Counted from the stretch's first letter, positions 41,090 to 52,640 are shown. The stretch: 64,000 nucleotides of DNA from Candidatus Poribacteria bacterium (GCA_965218095.1 OZ244587.1:4480001-4544000); one strand, 5' to 3'. Notes: generated from the letters alone by a model not told the origin. Translations and numbers: made by a program.

Positions 41090-41896
41090 TTATGCGAAAA
41101 ATTCATCATTGATCATAATCTGAAATTCATTGGTTTCGGCTTCCCGCCTTAGATTTGCAAGACGATTTTGTTGTGAACGGCTAAGCGAATTAAGTCTGAA
41201 ACCCTCACCTGTCGTCAACTTCAAAACTGGCACAGAGGTGTAACTTCTCTCTCTGACTCTCAGATGCTCCAAGTTCGTAAATAGTATCATCTTCACCAAA
41301 CCATCTTTAATGTCACCAAGGGAGGGCAGCTCATCTTTGTTCGTATGCTTTGCTTCAATGAGATGGATTTTGTCCTCATGGATTTCAACCTCACCAATTT
41401 CGCCGATACCTTCGACTTACGTTATGTTCCAGTGCAAAGCATCGGATTGATAAGACATCAACCGATCAATTTCGCTCATGATGTGCTCTGAATTAAACTT
41501 TTGTCCCGTGATTTTATGCGTGTATCTTGTGTTTTTTGAAGCATCAACATAGTAACTAATTATCACGTAAACGCCCAACAAACTCATCAAAGAGATAGTA
41601 TCCCATTGGAGAAAGTCTCGATCGCCCTGTTTACCTCCATCCTTCAAAATTGGGATTATCGTCGCTTTCTTACCAGAAAAACTCAGCGTATCATAGACCC
41701 TTGAATACGGGTAAGACCGTGTCCTTTTTGGCGAAACCCAGCAGCTTAAAGCAATCTGCTTGGTTGGATCAATCTGTAGAATAAAAGTGGCCTTTTCCGA
41801 AAGGACTGTGTCAAAATCTCTATAGCTGAAAGATTTAAGTTTGCTGCATAGCAGAGGGGTATATTTTACTCCAGTAATCCCAGCGAAAATATCCAT
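41090..41896 (-). pseudogene. Putative type II restriction endonuclease, internally broken
   Basis: Lies between MTases; WVSPKRTRSYPY segment; IHLIEAK-like remnant near 41360; stop at 41417. Confidence 0.5.
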
Positions 41897-41923
41897 CAGG
41901 TTCTCGTTACACCTCTAACAAGG

Positions 41924-42790
41924 TTAAAACAACTGCCCCTGATCAACAATTGGACGAAGTTGGTCAACCGCATAATCTATATATTTTTGCTGCGTTTCAA
42001 TTCCGATATGCGTTCTGCCTAGTTTTTCTGCAGCACAATTTGTTTGCCCACTGCCGGCAAAAATGTCAATCACCGAATCCCCTTTATAAGAGTAAAACTG
42101 GATGACCCGTTCCGCGAGTTCCAACGGGAATGGGCACGGATGCAGATTTTCTTGTGGGGCTAATGGACGGATTTTCCAGACGTTTTTACTTTTCTCGCCT
42201 TGATAGTCTTTCAGGTCGATTGTGTTATCTTTTTTCTCTTCGTCACTTCTATTCCAATAAATGTTGCTCTGATTTTTCTTATCAGCAGGTTTTTGGAAGA
42301 CAAAAATATATTCGGCAACCAAACTAGGGTAGTAATATCCGGGATAGGGATGCTGCAACAAAACCCCTGACCGCCTATCCCTCGCAACCGGCTTTTCCCA
42401 GATAATATCCTTCTTGAACTGCCACCCAGTTTCTTCAAGCCAACTGACAAAATGAAACGAGAGTGCGGTACGCGCGCCGTTCCATAAGACCGGGGCGATA
42501 TTTACCACATTGTGTCCCCCCGGCTGAGTGATTCTCAGCAACGCCTTGAACCGATCTACCAGAAAAAGCCGATATTCCTCGTAGGATATATCTTCTCGCT
42601 CCCATCGCGCTTTGGTGCCGTGCAGTTTTTCAATGTGCTCCTCGTAATTGATTGCGTTCAGGTAGGGAGGCGAGGTGAACCCAAGCATAAAATGGTTGTC
42701 GGGAAAATCCTCCATGACTGAGAGACAATCCCCTTTGATAATCCGCCCATTGCCAATTTTGATTTCTTGAAAGTTTTTCATACTTGTCAT
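41924..42790 (-). CDS. Beta-class DNA methyltransferase (SPPY, likely N4C)
   Basis: FTSPPY, HPCPFP and IDIFAGSGQT motifs; start chosen at MTSMKN. Confidence 0.88.
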   Translation of the reverse strand: MTSMKNFQEIKIGNGRIIKGDCLSVMEDFPDNHFMLGFTSPPYLNAINYEEHIEKLHGTKARWEREDISYEEYRLFLVDRFKALLRITQPGGHNVVNIAPVLWNGARTALSFHFVSWLEETGWQFKKDIIWEKPVARDRRSGVLLQHPYPGYYYPSLVAEYIFVFQKPADKKNQSNIYWNRSDEEKKDNTIDLKDYQGEKSKNVWKIRPLAPQENLHPCPFPLELAERVIQFYSYKGDSVIDIFAGSGQTNCAAEKLGRTHIGIETQQKYIDYAVDQLRPIVDQGQLF

Positions 42791-42986
42791 TGACTCACTC
42801 AAGTTCGGGCCCATCGTTAGAAAAACCGAGTTTTTGCCCGTTCTTTTCATAGGTCGAACTTGGGTTAACTCAGATTGGAGCTGTCGATTCACCGTGTAAC
42901 GGTTGTGATGCAAAATCGCGTATTCACAGATAAACGCTCGTTTTTGTATATGTTCTGTACCACTGCGAATCTGGTTAGAATAGCGT

Positions 42987-43781
42987 TTATTGTTTGGAGG
43001 CTATATCGTCTTTTGGTAAATCTCTGGGCTTCCTATTTATTCTCGGGTATATGCTGTCAAAACCCGCAAACGGTTCGGCTAATCTCCTATTTATTAGGTC
43101 TATGTACTCCGGGTTAATCTCTATTCCAATGCAATCTCTATTTAACTGCTGCGCGACTCTTGGTGTTGTTCCACTACCTGCGAATGGGTCGAGGATTTTG
43201 TCGCCTACGTTTGAAGCGGCGCGAATCATTCTTTCAACTAGGGCTTCCGGTTTCTGTGTTGGGTGATTCTCTCGCTCGGGATTAGAGTAGTGGACGTGTG
43301 AAAAATTCCAGACATCTCCGGGGTTTGCGCCAGCCATGTTATTCCTCGCTCTGTAGTATTTCTGAGGGACGCGAATATCATCTAAATTGAATGTAAATTC
43401 CTGACTCTTGTTGAACATCAGAATGTCGTCATGGCGTGGAGAGAAGCCTAATTTTTCCCCCATTCCCTGTGTATAGTGCCATACAATCCAACTATTAAAG
43501 AACATCTCAAGCTCGCGGTGTAGTATATCGTACAAATACGATATGAACCGCACTCCCATAAAAACATAGATTGTTCCTGTCGATTTCAATATCCTGTGCG
43601 TTTCCGTGAGCCATAACCGAGAAAATTCCAAATATTCGCTGAACCCTTTCAAATCGTGATTATTCCCATAATCCTTTCCAAGATTATAAGGTGGGTCAGC
43701 AATGACTAAGTCAATGGAGTTGGGGCGTAAATCCATCAAGATTTCTAAAGCGTTTCCTTGTATGATTTCGATTTTGTTCAT
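42987..43781 (-). CDS. Beta-class DNA methyltransferase (DPPY, likely N6A)
   Basis: IADPPYN, HPTQKP and ILDPFAGSGTT motifs. Confidence 0.92.
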   Translation of the reverse strand: MNKIEIIQGNALEILMDLRPNSIDLVIADPPYNLGKDYGNNHDLKGFSEYLEFSRLWLTETHRILKSTGTIYVFMGVRFISYLYDILHRELEMFFNSWIVWHYTQGMGEKLGFSPRHDDILMFNKSQEFTFNLDDIRVPQKYYRARNNMAGANPGDVWNFSHVHYSNPERENHPTQKPEALVERMIRAASNVGDKILDPFAGSGTTPRVAQQLNRDCIGIEINPEYIDLINRRLAEPFAGFDSIYPRINRKPRDLPKDDIASKQ

Positions 43782-43817
43782 GGCTTGTTCTAAGCGGTGG
43801 TGGCTTACGGTGGGCTG

Positions 43818-44675
43818 CTAGACGAGACAATACTGGTGGTTGACAAAGGAAATAATCCTGTCCTCTGGAATTTCTCTAACTATTGAAATCATTTGGGCTG
43901 TCGTTGGAATCCTTAATCCACTCATACTTTTGGCTAATTCTAACCATTGACCAAACCCTTTTTTTGAAGCAATAAATTTTCTGTCAAGCATTTGACAGAA
44001 CTCCCACGTTGTGCGAACGGCTCTAGTAACGTAATGTATATCTCGAATCTGAAGCTGTCCTGTGCCTAATGCAGGGTTATAATTTATATCAGAATCTGAT
44101 ATAAATTTCAAATCATAGGCGTTTTGGTCAACTACCTCCATTATACCATTCATCATTTCGGTGTTTTCATCCCTGGTTGAATAGACTTTATGTTTCAGAG
44201 ATAAGATAACGAAAATGTAATCGGGGTCTTCAACGTAAGCTGTCCTTATTCTTCCAAAAGTGGTTATATTTGGAGATTTCCCACTGTTTTTTATATCCTC
44301 TGCTGTTGCCTTAACATCAATTTCCGCTGTTATGCCATATTCATCCTTGCTTATGCGTTTGAACTGTAAGGTAATATCAGCCCTGTGTAGTCGTGTACCT
44401 GCTTCGAGGTGAATAAATTGATACTTGTTGTTTCTGTCCTCTAATATTTCTTGAAAAATCTCTTGTGCCCACGCCTCGATAAATGGTCCAGCAATCTTGT
44501 TAATGTTTTCCATTGGCAATCCAAGTTTGAGGTTGGTGTTTATTATTATGTTGTTCCTGTCGCTATTGATGGCATCTTGGATTATTCCTTCTACGGAATT
44601 AACGACAAAATCTGAGTTTTCTTGATAGTCTGGCGACTCAACGGGAATTTTGAACTCTAAATCAGAATAATTCAT
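43818..44675 (-). CDS. Putative type II restriction endonuclease
   Basis: AT-rich; AD...EIDVK catalytic pattern; upstream of two MTases; C-terminus may be frameshifted. Confidence 0.6.
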   Translation of the reverse strand: MNYSDLEFKIPVESPDYQENSDFVVNSVEGIIQDAINSDRNNIIINTNLKLGLPMENINKIAGPFIEAWAQEIFQEILEDRNNKYQFIHLEAGTRLHRADITLQFKRISKDEYGITAEIDVKATAEDIKNSGKSPNITTFGRIRTAYVEDPDYIFVILSLKHKVYSTRDENTEMMNGIMEVVDQNAYDLKFISDSDINYNPALGTGQLQIRDIHYVTRAVRTTWEFCQMLDRKFIASKKGFGQWLELAKSMSGLRIPTTAQMISIVREIPEDRIISFVNHQYCLV

Positions 44676-44774
44676 AGATTGGAACTCTTAGCATTGAACC
44701 GATTGATTCAGATTGGAGATGTCGATTCTCTCTTTAGTGCATTTGTTCCCCAAATGGCTTCCAAGTCCGGTGTG
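44654..44774. repeat. 121-bp direct repeat, copy 2
   Basis: Matches 40174..40294. Confidence 0.9.
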
Positions 44775-45172
44775 TCAACCATTCCGATACCGTGCATCAT
44801 CATCAAAATCGTGTCAAATGGGCCTCCACTAAATTCAAAAATGTTGGCACACTGGACTCGATTAACACCTCGTTTGTGCATAATTTCAACAGCTTGACCG
44901 CAAATGTTGATGGCAAAAACCGACAGATCGCGCTCCTGAAGGACTAAGCTATGACAGCCGGTCCCGGCACCGACATCCAAAACATCACCTCGGCAGCGAG
45001 CTATAGCGACGTGCTCTATGAGAGAGAAATCTTTAGAATCTCGAAAGAAGGTGCTGATTGGGAGCTCGGTTGTCAACCCATCATCCGTGTGAATGACAAC
45101 TTTCGCAGAGATATCTCCATTGAAAAAGTCAAAGAGAGCTTGTCCGTAAAGATCTATGGATTTGAGATTCAT
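44708..45172 (-). pseudogene. Class I SAM methyltransferase, 3'-truncated and fused to a DNA-MTase tail
   Basis: VLDVGAGTG motif; last 21 aa derive from the direct repeat. Confidence 0.75.
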
Positions 45173-45264
45173 GTGTCACCAATGAAGAATTATAACGCAA
45201 CTCTGAAGCAGATGCCGTTCAGTTCAAAATAACCCACCCGAAACAACACCAGAACAGATTCACT

Positions 45265-45735
45265 TCACCCAATCAATTGCTGATACAGGTTCGCCATCTC
45301 AATCGCAGCGACAGCCGCCTCTGCTCCCTTGTTGCCCGCCTTCGTTCCGGCGCGTTCGATTGCTTGCTCAATGGTATCGGTGGTGATGACGCCGTAAATC
45401 ACGGGAAGCCCAGTGTTAAAGGAGACTTGCGCGATGCCTTTCGCGCTTTCGCCGGCGACGTAATCGAAATGCGGTGTCGCACCACGAATCACTGCCCCAA
45501 TGCAGATGAGCGCATCGTATCGCCCGCTTTCGGCGAGGCGTTTTGCCGTAGTGGGAATCTCAAATGAACCGGGCGTCCAGAAGATGTCTACATCGTCGAG
45601 GTTCACGCCGTGTTGCTTGAGTGCGCCAAGTGCACCATCTAACAATTTGGTGGTAATAAAGCTGTTAAATCGACTGACCACTATTCCGATTTTCAGTCCC
45701 GTGCCGATTAGATCGCCTTCATAGATGTTTGGCAT
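45265..45735 (-). CDS. ribH: Lumazine synthase
   Basis: [15 protein letters not shown] and [11 protein letters not shown] motifs. Confidence 0.95.
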   Translation of the reverse strand: MPNIYEGDLIGTGLKIGIVVSRFNSFITTKLLDGALGALKQHGVNLDDVDIFWTPGSFEIPTTAKRLAESGRYDALICIGAVIRGATPHFDYVAGESAKGIAQVSFNTGLPVIYGVITTDTIEQAIERAGTKAGNKGAEAAVAAIEMANLYQQLIG

Positions 45736-46991
45736 CATTGATTAGCGCATTCATCACAGTGTTGCGCTGACTCCTCCTTCTCATCGTCGATTATGTGTAA
45801 TAGTAAATGCCCGAGCTTTGTTCGTTTCGTTTCCAGGTAGCGACGGTTGAATTCGTGCGGGAGGGTTTGCAGCGGAATCCGCTCGACAATCGCAAGGTTA
45901 TGTCCCTCCAAACCGCTGACCTTTCGAGGGTTATTTGTCAAAAGACGCATCTTCTGCACACCGAGATCGGCCAAAATTTGGGCCCCAACGCCGTAATCTC
46001 GCAAATCGGGGGGAAAGCCAAGTTGCTCATTCGCTTCGACGGTATCGAGTCCCTCGCTATCCTGCAACTTGTAGGCGCGAATCTTGTTTCCAAGCCCCAT
46101 GCCACGCCCCTCCTGGCGCATGTATACCAGTACGCCTCGTCCCCCTTTTTGGATTAATTCCATTGCTGTCTCTAACTGTTCGCCACAGTCGCAACGAAGC
46201 GATCCGAACACATCTCCAGTGAAGCACTGTGAGTGCATGCGTACCAACACAGGTTCACCGTCTGAAACATTGCCCTTGACAAGCGCGATATGGGTCTTTT
46301 GATCATCAGCACTCTCGTAAGCATGGAGCTTGAAATATCCGTGCTTGGTTTGGAGGTCTGCTTCCGTAACCCGCTTGATGAGCGTTTCCGTTTGTCGCCG
46401 ATACGCGATGAGATCCGCAATGGTGATGAACTTTAGCCCGTGTTTTTGAGAAAACTTGAAGAGTTGAGGCAGTCGCGCCATCGTTCCATCTTCATTCAAA
46501 ATCTCGCAGAGGACGCCCGCCGGATAGAGCCCTGCGAGCTGTGCGAGATCAACTGTTGCCTCAGTATGCCCGGCCCGTCTCAGTACACCGCCAGCCATCG
46601 CGCGTAACGGGAAAATGTGTCCCGGACGTACGAAGTCCTCCCCTCTTGTCTGCGGATGGACAAATTTCTGGATCGTATGCGCACGTTCATACGCGGAGAT
46701 GCCGGTGGTCACATCTTTGGCATCAATTGTGACGGTAAACGCCGTATGCATCTGGTCCGTGTTTTCCGAAACCATTAGTGGGAGATTCAACTCTGACAAA
46801 CGCTCCGCGGTTGCAGGGAGACAAATCATGCCACGCCCGTACTTTGCCATAAAATTGATCGCTTCAGGCGTAACTTTTTCAGCCGCCATGGTCAGGTCGC
46901 CTTCGTTTTCCCGGTCCGGATCATCAGCGACGATAACCATCTCGCCACTCCGAATCGCTTCAATCACTTCTGGAATTGTATTAAACTTCAT
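45735..46991 (-). CDS. ribBA: DHBP synthase / GTP cyclohydrolase II
   Basis: [22 protein letters not shown] and QEGRG motifs. Confidence 0.95.
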   Translation of the reverse strand: MKFNTIPEVIEAIRSGEMVIVADDPDRENEGDLTMAAEKVTPEAINFMAKYGRGMICLPATAERLSELNLPLMVSENTDQMHTAFTVTIDAKDVTTGISAYERAHTIQKFVHPQTRGEDFVRPGHIFPLRAMAGGVLRRAGHTEATVDLAQLAGLYPAGVLCEILNEDGTMARLPQLFKFSQKHGLKFITIADLIAYRRQTETLIKRVTEADLQTKHGYFKLHAYESADDQKTHIALVKGNVSDGEPVLVRMHSQCFTGDVFGSLRCDCGEQLETAMELIQKGGRGVLVYMRQEGRGMGLGNKIRAYKLQDSEGLDTVEANEQLGFPPDLRDYGVGAQILADLGVQKMRLLTNNPRKVSGLEGHNLAIVERIPLQTLPHEFNRRYLETKRTKLGHLLLHIIDDEKEESAQHCDECANQ

Positions 46992-47011
46992 GGGCTATGC
47001 CTTTTTAAGAA

Positions 47012-47112
47012 TAGGAGTTACGCACCTAACGCAGGTCAAGAACTGCCAAGCCTGCATCTTGTATCAGGATTCAAGAGGCATGATGTCGATTGAGCCAACA
47101 GCATAACTCCTA
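47012..47112. mobile_element. About 100-bp MITE with IS701-like ends inside the rib operon
   Basis: TAGGAGTTACGCA ... AGCATAACTCCTA. Confidence 0.7.
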
Positions 47113-47131
47113 AGGAATTGACAATTATCGA

Positions 47132-47776
47132 TTAAACGTATCCGTGTTCCTTTAAGAATCCTAAATCAATTGATGTGTCTTGGGTGGATTGGTGCATCAA
47201 CAATCGCTCGATGTAACGCCCCAATAAATCAACTTCAATATTCACGTGAGCGCCAACCTGTTTACGCCCTAGTGTTGTCACCTGTTTGGTGTGGGGGATG
47301 AGGGCGACTTCAAATCCCTTGTCCAACAGATTCGCGATGGTCAGACTGACACCGTCAACGCAGATAGACCCCTTATATGCTACATACCGCATCACCTCTG
47401 CAGAGATGGAAACCCGCATCAAAGATGAGGTTCCTTCGTCCTGCCAACCGCTAATGATCCCGACTTCGTCAACGTGCCCCAAAACAAGATGCCCGCCCAA
47501 CCGATCATTCAAGCGCAACGGGCGTTCAAGGTTGACCGCATCGCCCGGCTTGAGAGAGCCTAGCGTTGTGCGACGTAATGTTTCAGCCGAAACATCCAGT
47601 GTGAAACGACCTTGAGTTGCACGGGTTATTGTTAAACAGACGCCATCCACCGCGATGCTATCCCCGACCTTGCTATCTGATAACACCTGCGAGGCACCGA
47701 TGGCAAGCTCTCCTGTTTGAGCGCCATGTTGAATTTGTTTAACGATACCGAGTTCTTCAACAATTCCTGTGAACAT
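47132..47776 (-). CDS. ribE: Riboflavin synthase
   Basis: MFTGIVEE start; GVCLT and GGHLVLGHVD motifs. Confidence 0.95.
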   Translation of the reverse strand: MFTGIVEELGIVKQIQHGAQTGELAIGASQVLSDSKVGDSIAVDGVCLTITRATQGRFTLDVSAETLRRTTLGSLKPGDAVNLERPLRLNDRLGGHLVLGHVDEVGIISGWQDEGTSSLMRVSISAEVMRYVAYKGSICVDGVSLTIANLLDKGFEVALIPHTKQVTTLGRKQVGAHVNIEVDLLGRYIERLLMHQSTQDTSIDLGFLKEHGYV

Positions 47777-47961
47777 AATTGCGTAAAACGTAAAGCGCCA
47801 AGGCTTTAGAGACCATCTCAAAAAGCCTTGGTAGCGACAGAGCCATTTGAATAGATCCGTTGGCAAGTATGAGTCGATTGGCGTGTTCAATATGCATCAC
47901 AAAGTCGTTATTCTGCACCTTTATTGAGGTCATTCGGAGCAACAGCTAGAGCATTCACAAA

Positions 47962-49149
47962 TCATTTACCTGCACATCGTCTGGCATCAACAAGCAAGTT
48001 TGGTGTTTGTTTCTCCAAAAGCTTCGTTTCGTGCTTCACGTACCCTTCAATCAGAAAATCGCCGTTGATTTGGGTCATTTTTACGTCGCGAAGTTCAAAT
48101 GCTTTAGACAAACACTCAATTCCCTCGCCATCAATTGGCCCCGGCGCATTTTTGCCGCCAATCAGCTTTGGTGCAATGAAGAACATGATTTTATCAACAA
48201 TACCGGCTTTTAAGGCAGAGGCGTTGATTTCACCGCCGCCTTCGATGAGCACGTTCGTGATTTCCTTTCTCCCAAGCTCACGCATCAACGCCCCTAAACA
48301 AACCCGCCCATCTTCTTCTTCGATGACCATGACCTCAGCGCCAACGGCTTTCAGGCTCTCGATATTCTTCGGTGGCGCATTTTCTGTGACCGCCATCAGT
48401 GTACCTGCATCGTTGTCTGGATTAAAGATCTTTGCTTTCGGTGGTGTGCGCCCTCGTGAATCAACGACAATACGGATGGGGTCTTTGCCGTTCGGATCCG
48501 GCAAGCGCGTGGTCAACGACGGGTTATCGCGTAGCACCGTGCCAACGCCGACGAGAATTGCATCGACCTGATCGCGAATCTCATGCCCTTTCAACCTCGA
48601 CGCCTGCGAAGTGATCCACTGCGATTCTCCCGAAGCTGTGGCGATTTTTCCGTCAAGACTGATTGCAGATTTGAGGATGACAAACGGATGTTTGGTCATG
48701 ATATATTTGATGAATACTTCGTTGAGCCGCCGCGCCTCACCCTCACACAGGCCGACTTGAACATGAATCCCCGCTTCTTCGAGTTGACGTATGCCATTCC
48801 CGGCGACCCGCGGATCCGCATCCGCCATTGCAACGAAAGCATTCGCTATTCCTGAACGGATGACCGCTTTGGTGCAGGGCGGTGTCCGTCCCCAATGGGG
48901 GCACGGTTCAAGTGTGATGTACATTGTCGCGCCGCGTGCGAGAGGCCCCGCCTGATTTAGCGCATGAACCTCCGCGTGGGCGCCCCCAGCCTTTTGGTGA
49001 TAGCCCTCGCCGACAATCTCACCATCTCGGACGATTGCGGCGCCGACCAAAGGATTCGGGCTAGTGCGTCCACGCGCTCTCGCCGCTAACAGTAAGGCGC
49101 GACGCATGAACTTTTGATCTGTCTCTGACCATTGGATGCGCTCGGACAA
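47962..49149 (-). CDS. ribD: Riboflavin deaminase/reductase
   Basis: PNPLVGA, HAE, TLEPC, RTPPC and IEGG motifs; TTG start inferred. Confidence 0.93.
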   Translation of the reverse strand: MSERIQWSETDQKFMRRALLLAARARGRTSPNPLVGAAIVRDGEIVGEGYHQKAGGAHAEVHALNQAGPLARGATMYITLEPCPHWGRTPPCTKAVIRSGIANAFVAMADADPRVAGNGIRQLEEAGIHVQVGLCEGEARRLNEVFIKYIMTKHPFVILKSAISLDGKIATASGESQWITSQASRLKGHEIRDQVDAILVGVGTVLRDNPSLTTRLPDPNGKDPIRIVVDSRGRTPPKAKIFNPDNDAGTLMAVTENAPPKNIESLKAVGAEVMVIEEEDGRVCLGALMRELGRKEITNVLIEGGGEINASALKAGIVDKIMFFIAPKLIGGKNAPGPIDGEGIECLSKAFELRDVKMTQINGDFLIEGYVKHETKLLEKQTPNLLVDARRCAGK

Positions 49150-49207
49150 GCATGACTCCTGAAAATAAAAAAGCCCAAAGATCGGTCTTTGGGCGGAAGA
49201 ATCCCTT

Positions 49208-49334
49208 CTGCCTTCTCCCATCCGGACTTTCACCGTCGGCTCTGGAATCACACCAAATCTGTCCCCGATCGCAGATCGGGGGACTCGCGGGCTTTACCGC
49301 CGGTAGGGAATTGCACCCGTCCCCGAAGACACGC
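49208..49334 (-). promoter_or_regulatory. FMN riboswitch
   Basis: Minus strand TCTTCGGGGACGGGTGCAATTCCCTACCGGCGGTAAAGCCCGCGAG...CCGACGGTGAAAGTCCGGATGGGAGAAG upstream of ribD. Confidence 0.95.
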
Positions 49335-50405
49335 AAATTCTATGATTTTCCAATGCTATTCACGATTTCTGATAAATCGTGTTACATAATTATATCATAG
49401 CCTGTTTGATAAATCAAAAAGAACAACACATGAACTAGAAATTCCCCATGAGACCTGATTTCTACAAGCGATTTCTACACATGAACAAATTGAGAAGTGG
49501 TATAATTTTAATAAGGGGCGACCTCAACTTGAAGAAAACTCCTCGTACTTTTCGTTGAAGAAATTCTGAAGTGAAGGATTAAGTGGTACGGTTGTGTCGT
49601 GTTATTGAAATACAGATGTCCTGGGAGGTCGCAAGATACTATCCAACAACAAGATCTCGCCACTACGAGTCGATTCGTCCAGAACTGGAAGATCTCCTGC
49701 CTCATGCTGATAAGATTCAAGCAACGTCCCATTTTTGGACGGAAAAACGGGGAAATCTCAAGGCTTGTACATAAACCGCTTATGTCAAGAAAGCACTGGA
49801 CGATGACAGTGATGATGGAGACGAAGCGTGGAAGTTCAATAGGGTAGATTCCGACTCAATCGAACTTGTGTGCCGTAACAATCTCAATGTTTATAGCGGC
49901 ACGGCGAGGTTATATGGTCGTTTCCATGGCACCTTGAGGCAAGATGGTGTTGATAGTGTCTTGAAAAGCGCCATCAAGCATGGCTCGTATTCGCAAGAAT
50001 CGCTCTATTTCTCTACCGAAGCAATGCCATCAGTTCGGGAACTCGCCCAAAAGGTCGGCGACTCGCAAGGGCAGAAAATCCACCTTTATCCCCAATCAAT
50101 GCGTTGGCGTTGGCTAGATCTTGCACTTGCTGAATATCGCAGATAACGAAATTACGCATCACGTTTTACGTTTACGGGGGATTGAAGAAGAATGCAACCG
50201 TTTGCGGAGATCGGCACGCACGAGGAACTAATGGCCAGATGAATATAAAGATTCTATTATCCGCAACAGTTTGAGGTGTTGATTGTTGACCACGGTTTTA
50301 AGATTCTCAATCGCTGGGGAGGGTATGCCGGTGAACCATACGGACAGGGATCCGAGCTTGTAATTGAGTTTGGCCACAGCAACTGATATTATGGTGGAGG
50401 ATGCG

Positions 50406-50978
50406 ATGACATTTGAAGAGAAAGAAATCGAAACACTCGCTGAGAATGGAAAAACAAAAGCAGAGAAAACGGTCACGCCAATTCAGGTGACGCACCCTGA
50501 ACACGTCCATCCGAAGGACATTTGGTTGTTTCGAGAACCGCCATGGGCGCTGCGGATGACGATCGAAGGCGACCGTTCGTACCTCAAGATCCGGATCGTT
50601 TGTGCCGCGCCCTTATCCCAACCGTCGCGGTATATCTGCTTCCTCGACGAAAAGAATGAGATCATCTGCACGGTTGAGGATCCGCGCGTCTTGGACACCG
50701 AGTCTCAGCGCATCGTCAAGGAGGAACTCAATCAACGGTACATGACCGCCATCATCGAGCAGGTATACTCGCTTCGGAACGAGTTTGGTGTATCTTATTG
50801 GGATGTGCAGACCAATCGGGGAGGCCGAGAGTTTGTGGTGCGGAACGTCTCCGAGAATGCGCAGTGGATTTCAGAACGTCGCCTGCTGTTGGTTGATGTG
50901 GACGGTAACCGCTTCGAGATCCCTGACCTGGACGCCCTCGATAAAAAGAGCCTTGGGTTAATCGAAATGGTGCTCTGA
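50406..50978 (+). CDS. DUF1854 domain protein
   Basis: APLSQP.RYI, YWDVQTNRG and DVDGNRFEI..LD..S motifs. Confidence 0.75.
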   Translation: MTFEEKEIETLAENGKTKAEKTVTPIQVTHPEHVHPKDIWLFREPPWALRMTIEGDRSYLKIRIVCAAPLSQPSRYICFLDEKNEIICTVEDPRVLDTESQRIVKEELNQRYMTAIIEQVYSLRNEFGVSYWDVQTNRGGREFVVRNVSENAQWISERRLLLVDVDGNRFEIPDLDALDKKSLGLIEMVL

Positions 50979-51278
50979 AAGTCTGCGCAGTGTCTGTGGT
51001 GGAGTCACCGGTTTATGACATCGGCAGACTCGTTTCGGAACAGAAATTCCTATGGTAGGGTAAAGCAAAAAGAAATTGACCAGATCAGCATTCCATTTTT
51101 CCTTGCCTTTTCCCCTAAATACGCGGTATAGTTTTTTAGTTCTTACTCAGTTTTTCCATTCTGAGCGAAGCGAAACATCCCTGGACTCTTGTGCTAGAGA
51201 GATTTTTCACCTCATTCGAGATGAAATAACGTGAGACTTTAAGCAATTATCGTCACGTTCTTAAAGGAGGAAATCGCG

Positions 51279-51971
51279 ATGCAAAAACCCGATTTTGCCC
51301 GAACCGATTTCAGTCAGTTTGTAGACAAGGATTTGCGAGTCTTGATTGAGAATTTCCTACAGCCGGGACGGAGTTATGAAGAGATTGCTCAATTGATTCA
51401 CCGTCTGCCAACGGCGCTCGAATCAATGTTGAATAGCGAATCCGTGTTCAACACAATTCGCGACCAGAATCAATTGATATTAGAAATTTCCCCGTTTCTG
51501 TTCTTCAATGTCCTCTTGCGCCGGAGCCTGGTCGATCAGCAAATTTTAGGGGATAAAAAGGTGATTAACTATATCGCTAACCTCCTGAGTATTTTCGTCA
51601 GGACAGATCGATTGCATCGGATTCGTCGGCACAATGAACAAACCTATCCGTATTTGACCGATATGATTCAAGAAGCGGTAAACGCAGACGCCCGTCGGCA
51701 GTTTTTAATCTACTCCCATATCGGTAACTACTCGCTTTATATCACAGGATTCTTTCCGCAATGGGTTGAATATCGTCGCCGCTATAAGAACCGTCCTGCG
51801 AGTACGCAATTTTATATTGATTTTAGGCGTGAATACTACGAGCGCGCTTCGGCGCATGCGATGGCACGGGAATTTGAACTGGATGAAGTCTTTTTCCGTC
51901 TGTCGATTATGTTTGAAGTCTATAAAGGAGCACTCAATCATCTTGCCAAACAGTATCTGGTTCTTTCATGA
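51279..51971 (+). CDS. Conserved hypothetical protein
   Basis: AAGGAGG RBS; 230-aa ORF with HIGNYSLYITGFFP. Confidence 0.7.
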   Translation: MQKPDFARTDFSQFVDKDLRVLIENFLQPGRSYEEIAQLIHRLPTALESMLNSESVFNTIRDQNQLILEISPFLFFNVLLRRSLVDQQILGDKKVINYIANLLSIFVRTDRLHRIRRHNEQTYPYLTDMIQEAVNADARRQFLIYSHIGNYSLYITGFFPQWVEYRRRYKNRPASTQFYIDFRREYYERASAHAMAREFELDEVFFRLSIMFEVYKGALNHLAKQYLVLS

Positions 51972-52227
51972 GCGCATGAATTTCGAGACTAAGAAATTGG
52001 ACATCGGTAAGATAGAAGGAAAGGACAAGAAGAAAGGAAGGGTGGAAAGAGAGCGATTGCACGTTCTACGTTTTATGCATCACATTTTAGGTGTCACGCT
52101 TGTCATCTTATTATCGTTTACGAGCCTGCCAGGTGTGGTCTGATCGTTTGGGGAGAATCCAAACCTCCACCGTTTTCATTTGTCGTCATTGGAGATACCC
52201 GATCCGGAGCCCGTAATAAGTTGTCAC

Positions 52228-52611
52228 CGGCACACGTAGGCAGTGACGCACTAGAAAACTTAGTCTACTGCTGCCCAAAGTGCAATGAGTACAAAGGAAG
52301 TTATTGGTATGAAATTCATCCACCATACATCTGATTGCTGTATCTGAAACAAGATGACTTGACCGTGCATATTCGTGAAAACATGGATGGTAAAGTTGTC
52401 GGCTTAACGAAGGAAGCTGTATTTTTTATTCAACGCTTGCACCTGAATCGTCCATCACTTTGCGCATATTGACTGAAGCGGTGTACTGAATAATTACTCA
52501 AAGGTGAACTTCGCGCTGCTCAGGAACGAGAACAGGTCCTGCTCCAGCGAATTAAGGAGCTGGATGCTGCCTTGCAAGACGGCACCACGCAAATTCAGGC
52601 AGAAACGAATT
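52228..52611 (+). pseudogene. HNH endonuclease remnant
   Basis: Manual translation ENLVYCCPKCNEYKG...VGLT...LHLNRP with stops; preceded by a metallophosphoesterase-like FVVIGDTR fragment. Confidence 0.6.
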
Positions 52612-52640
52612 AAGAACCTCCTTTTGTTTTTACAGCCCCC

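Noticed and set aside
49583-50146. Possible gene upstream of the rib operon
   Set aside because: Only short fragments in different frames; probably a pseudogene, family not identifiable
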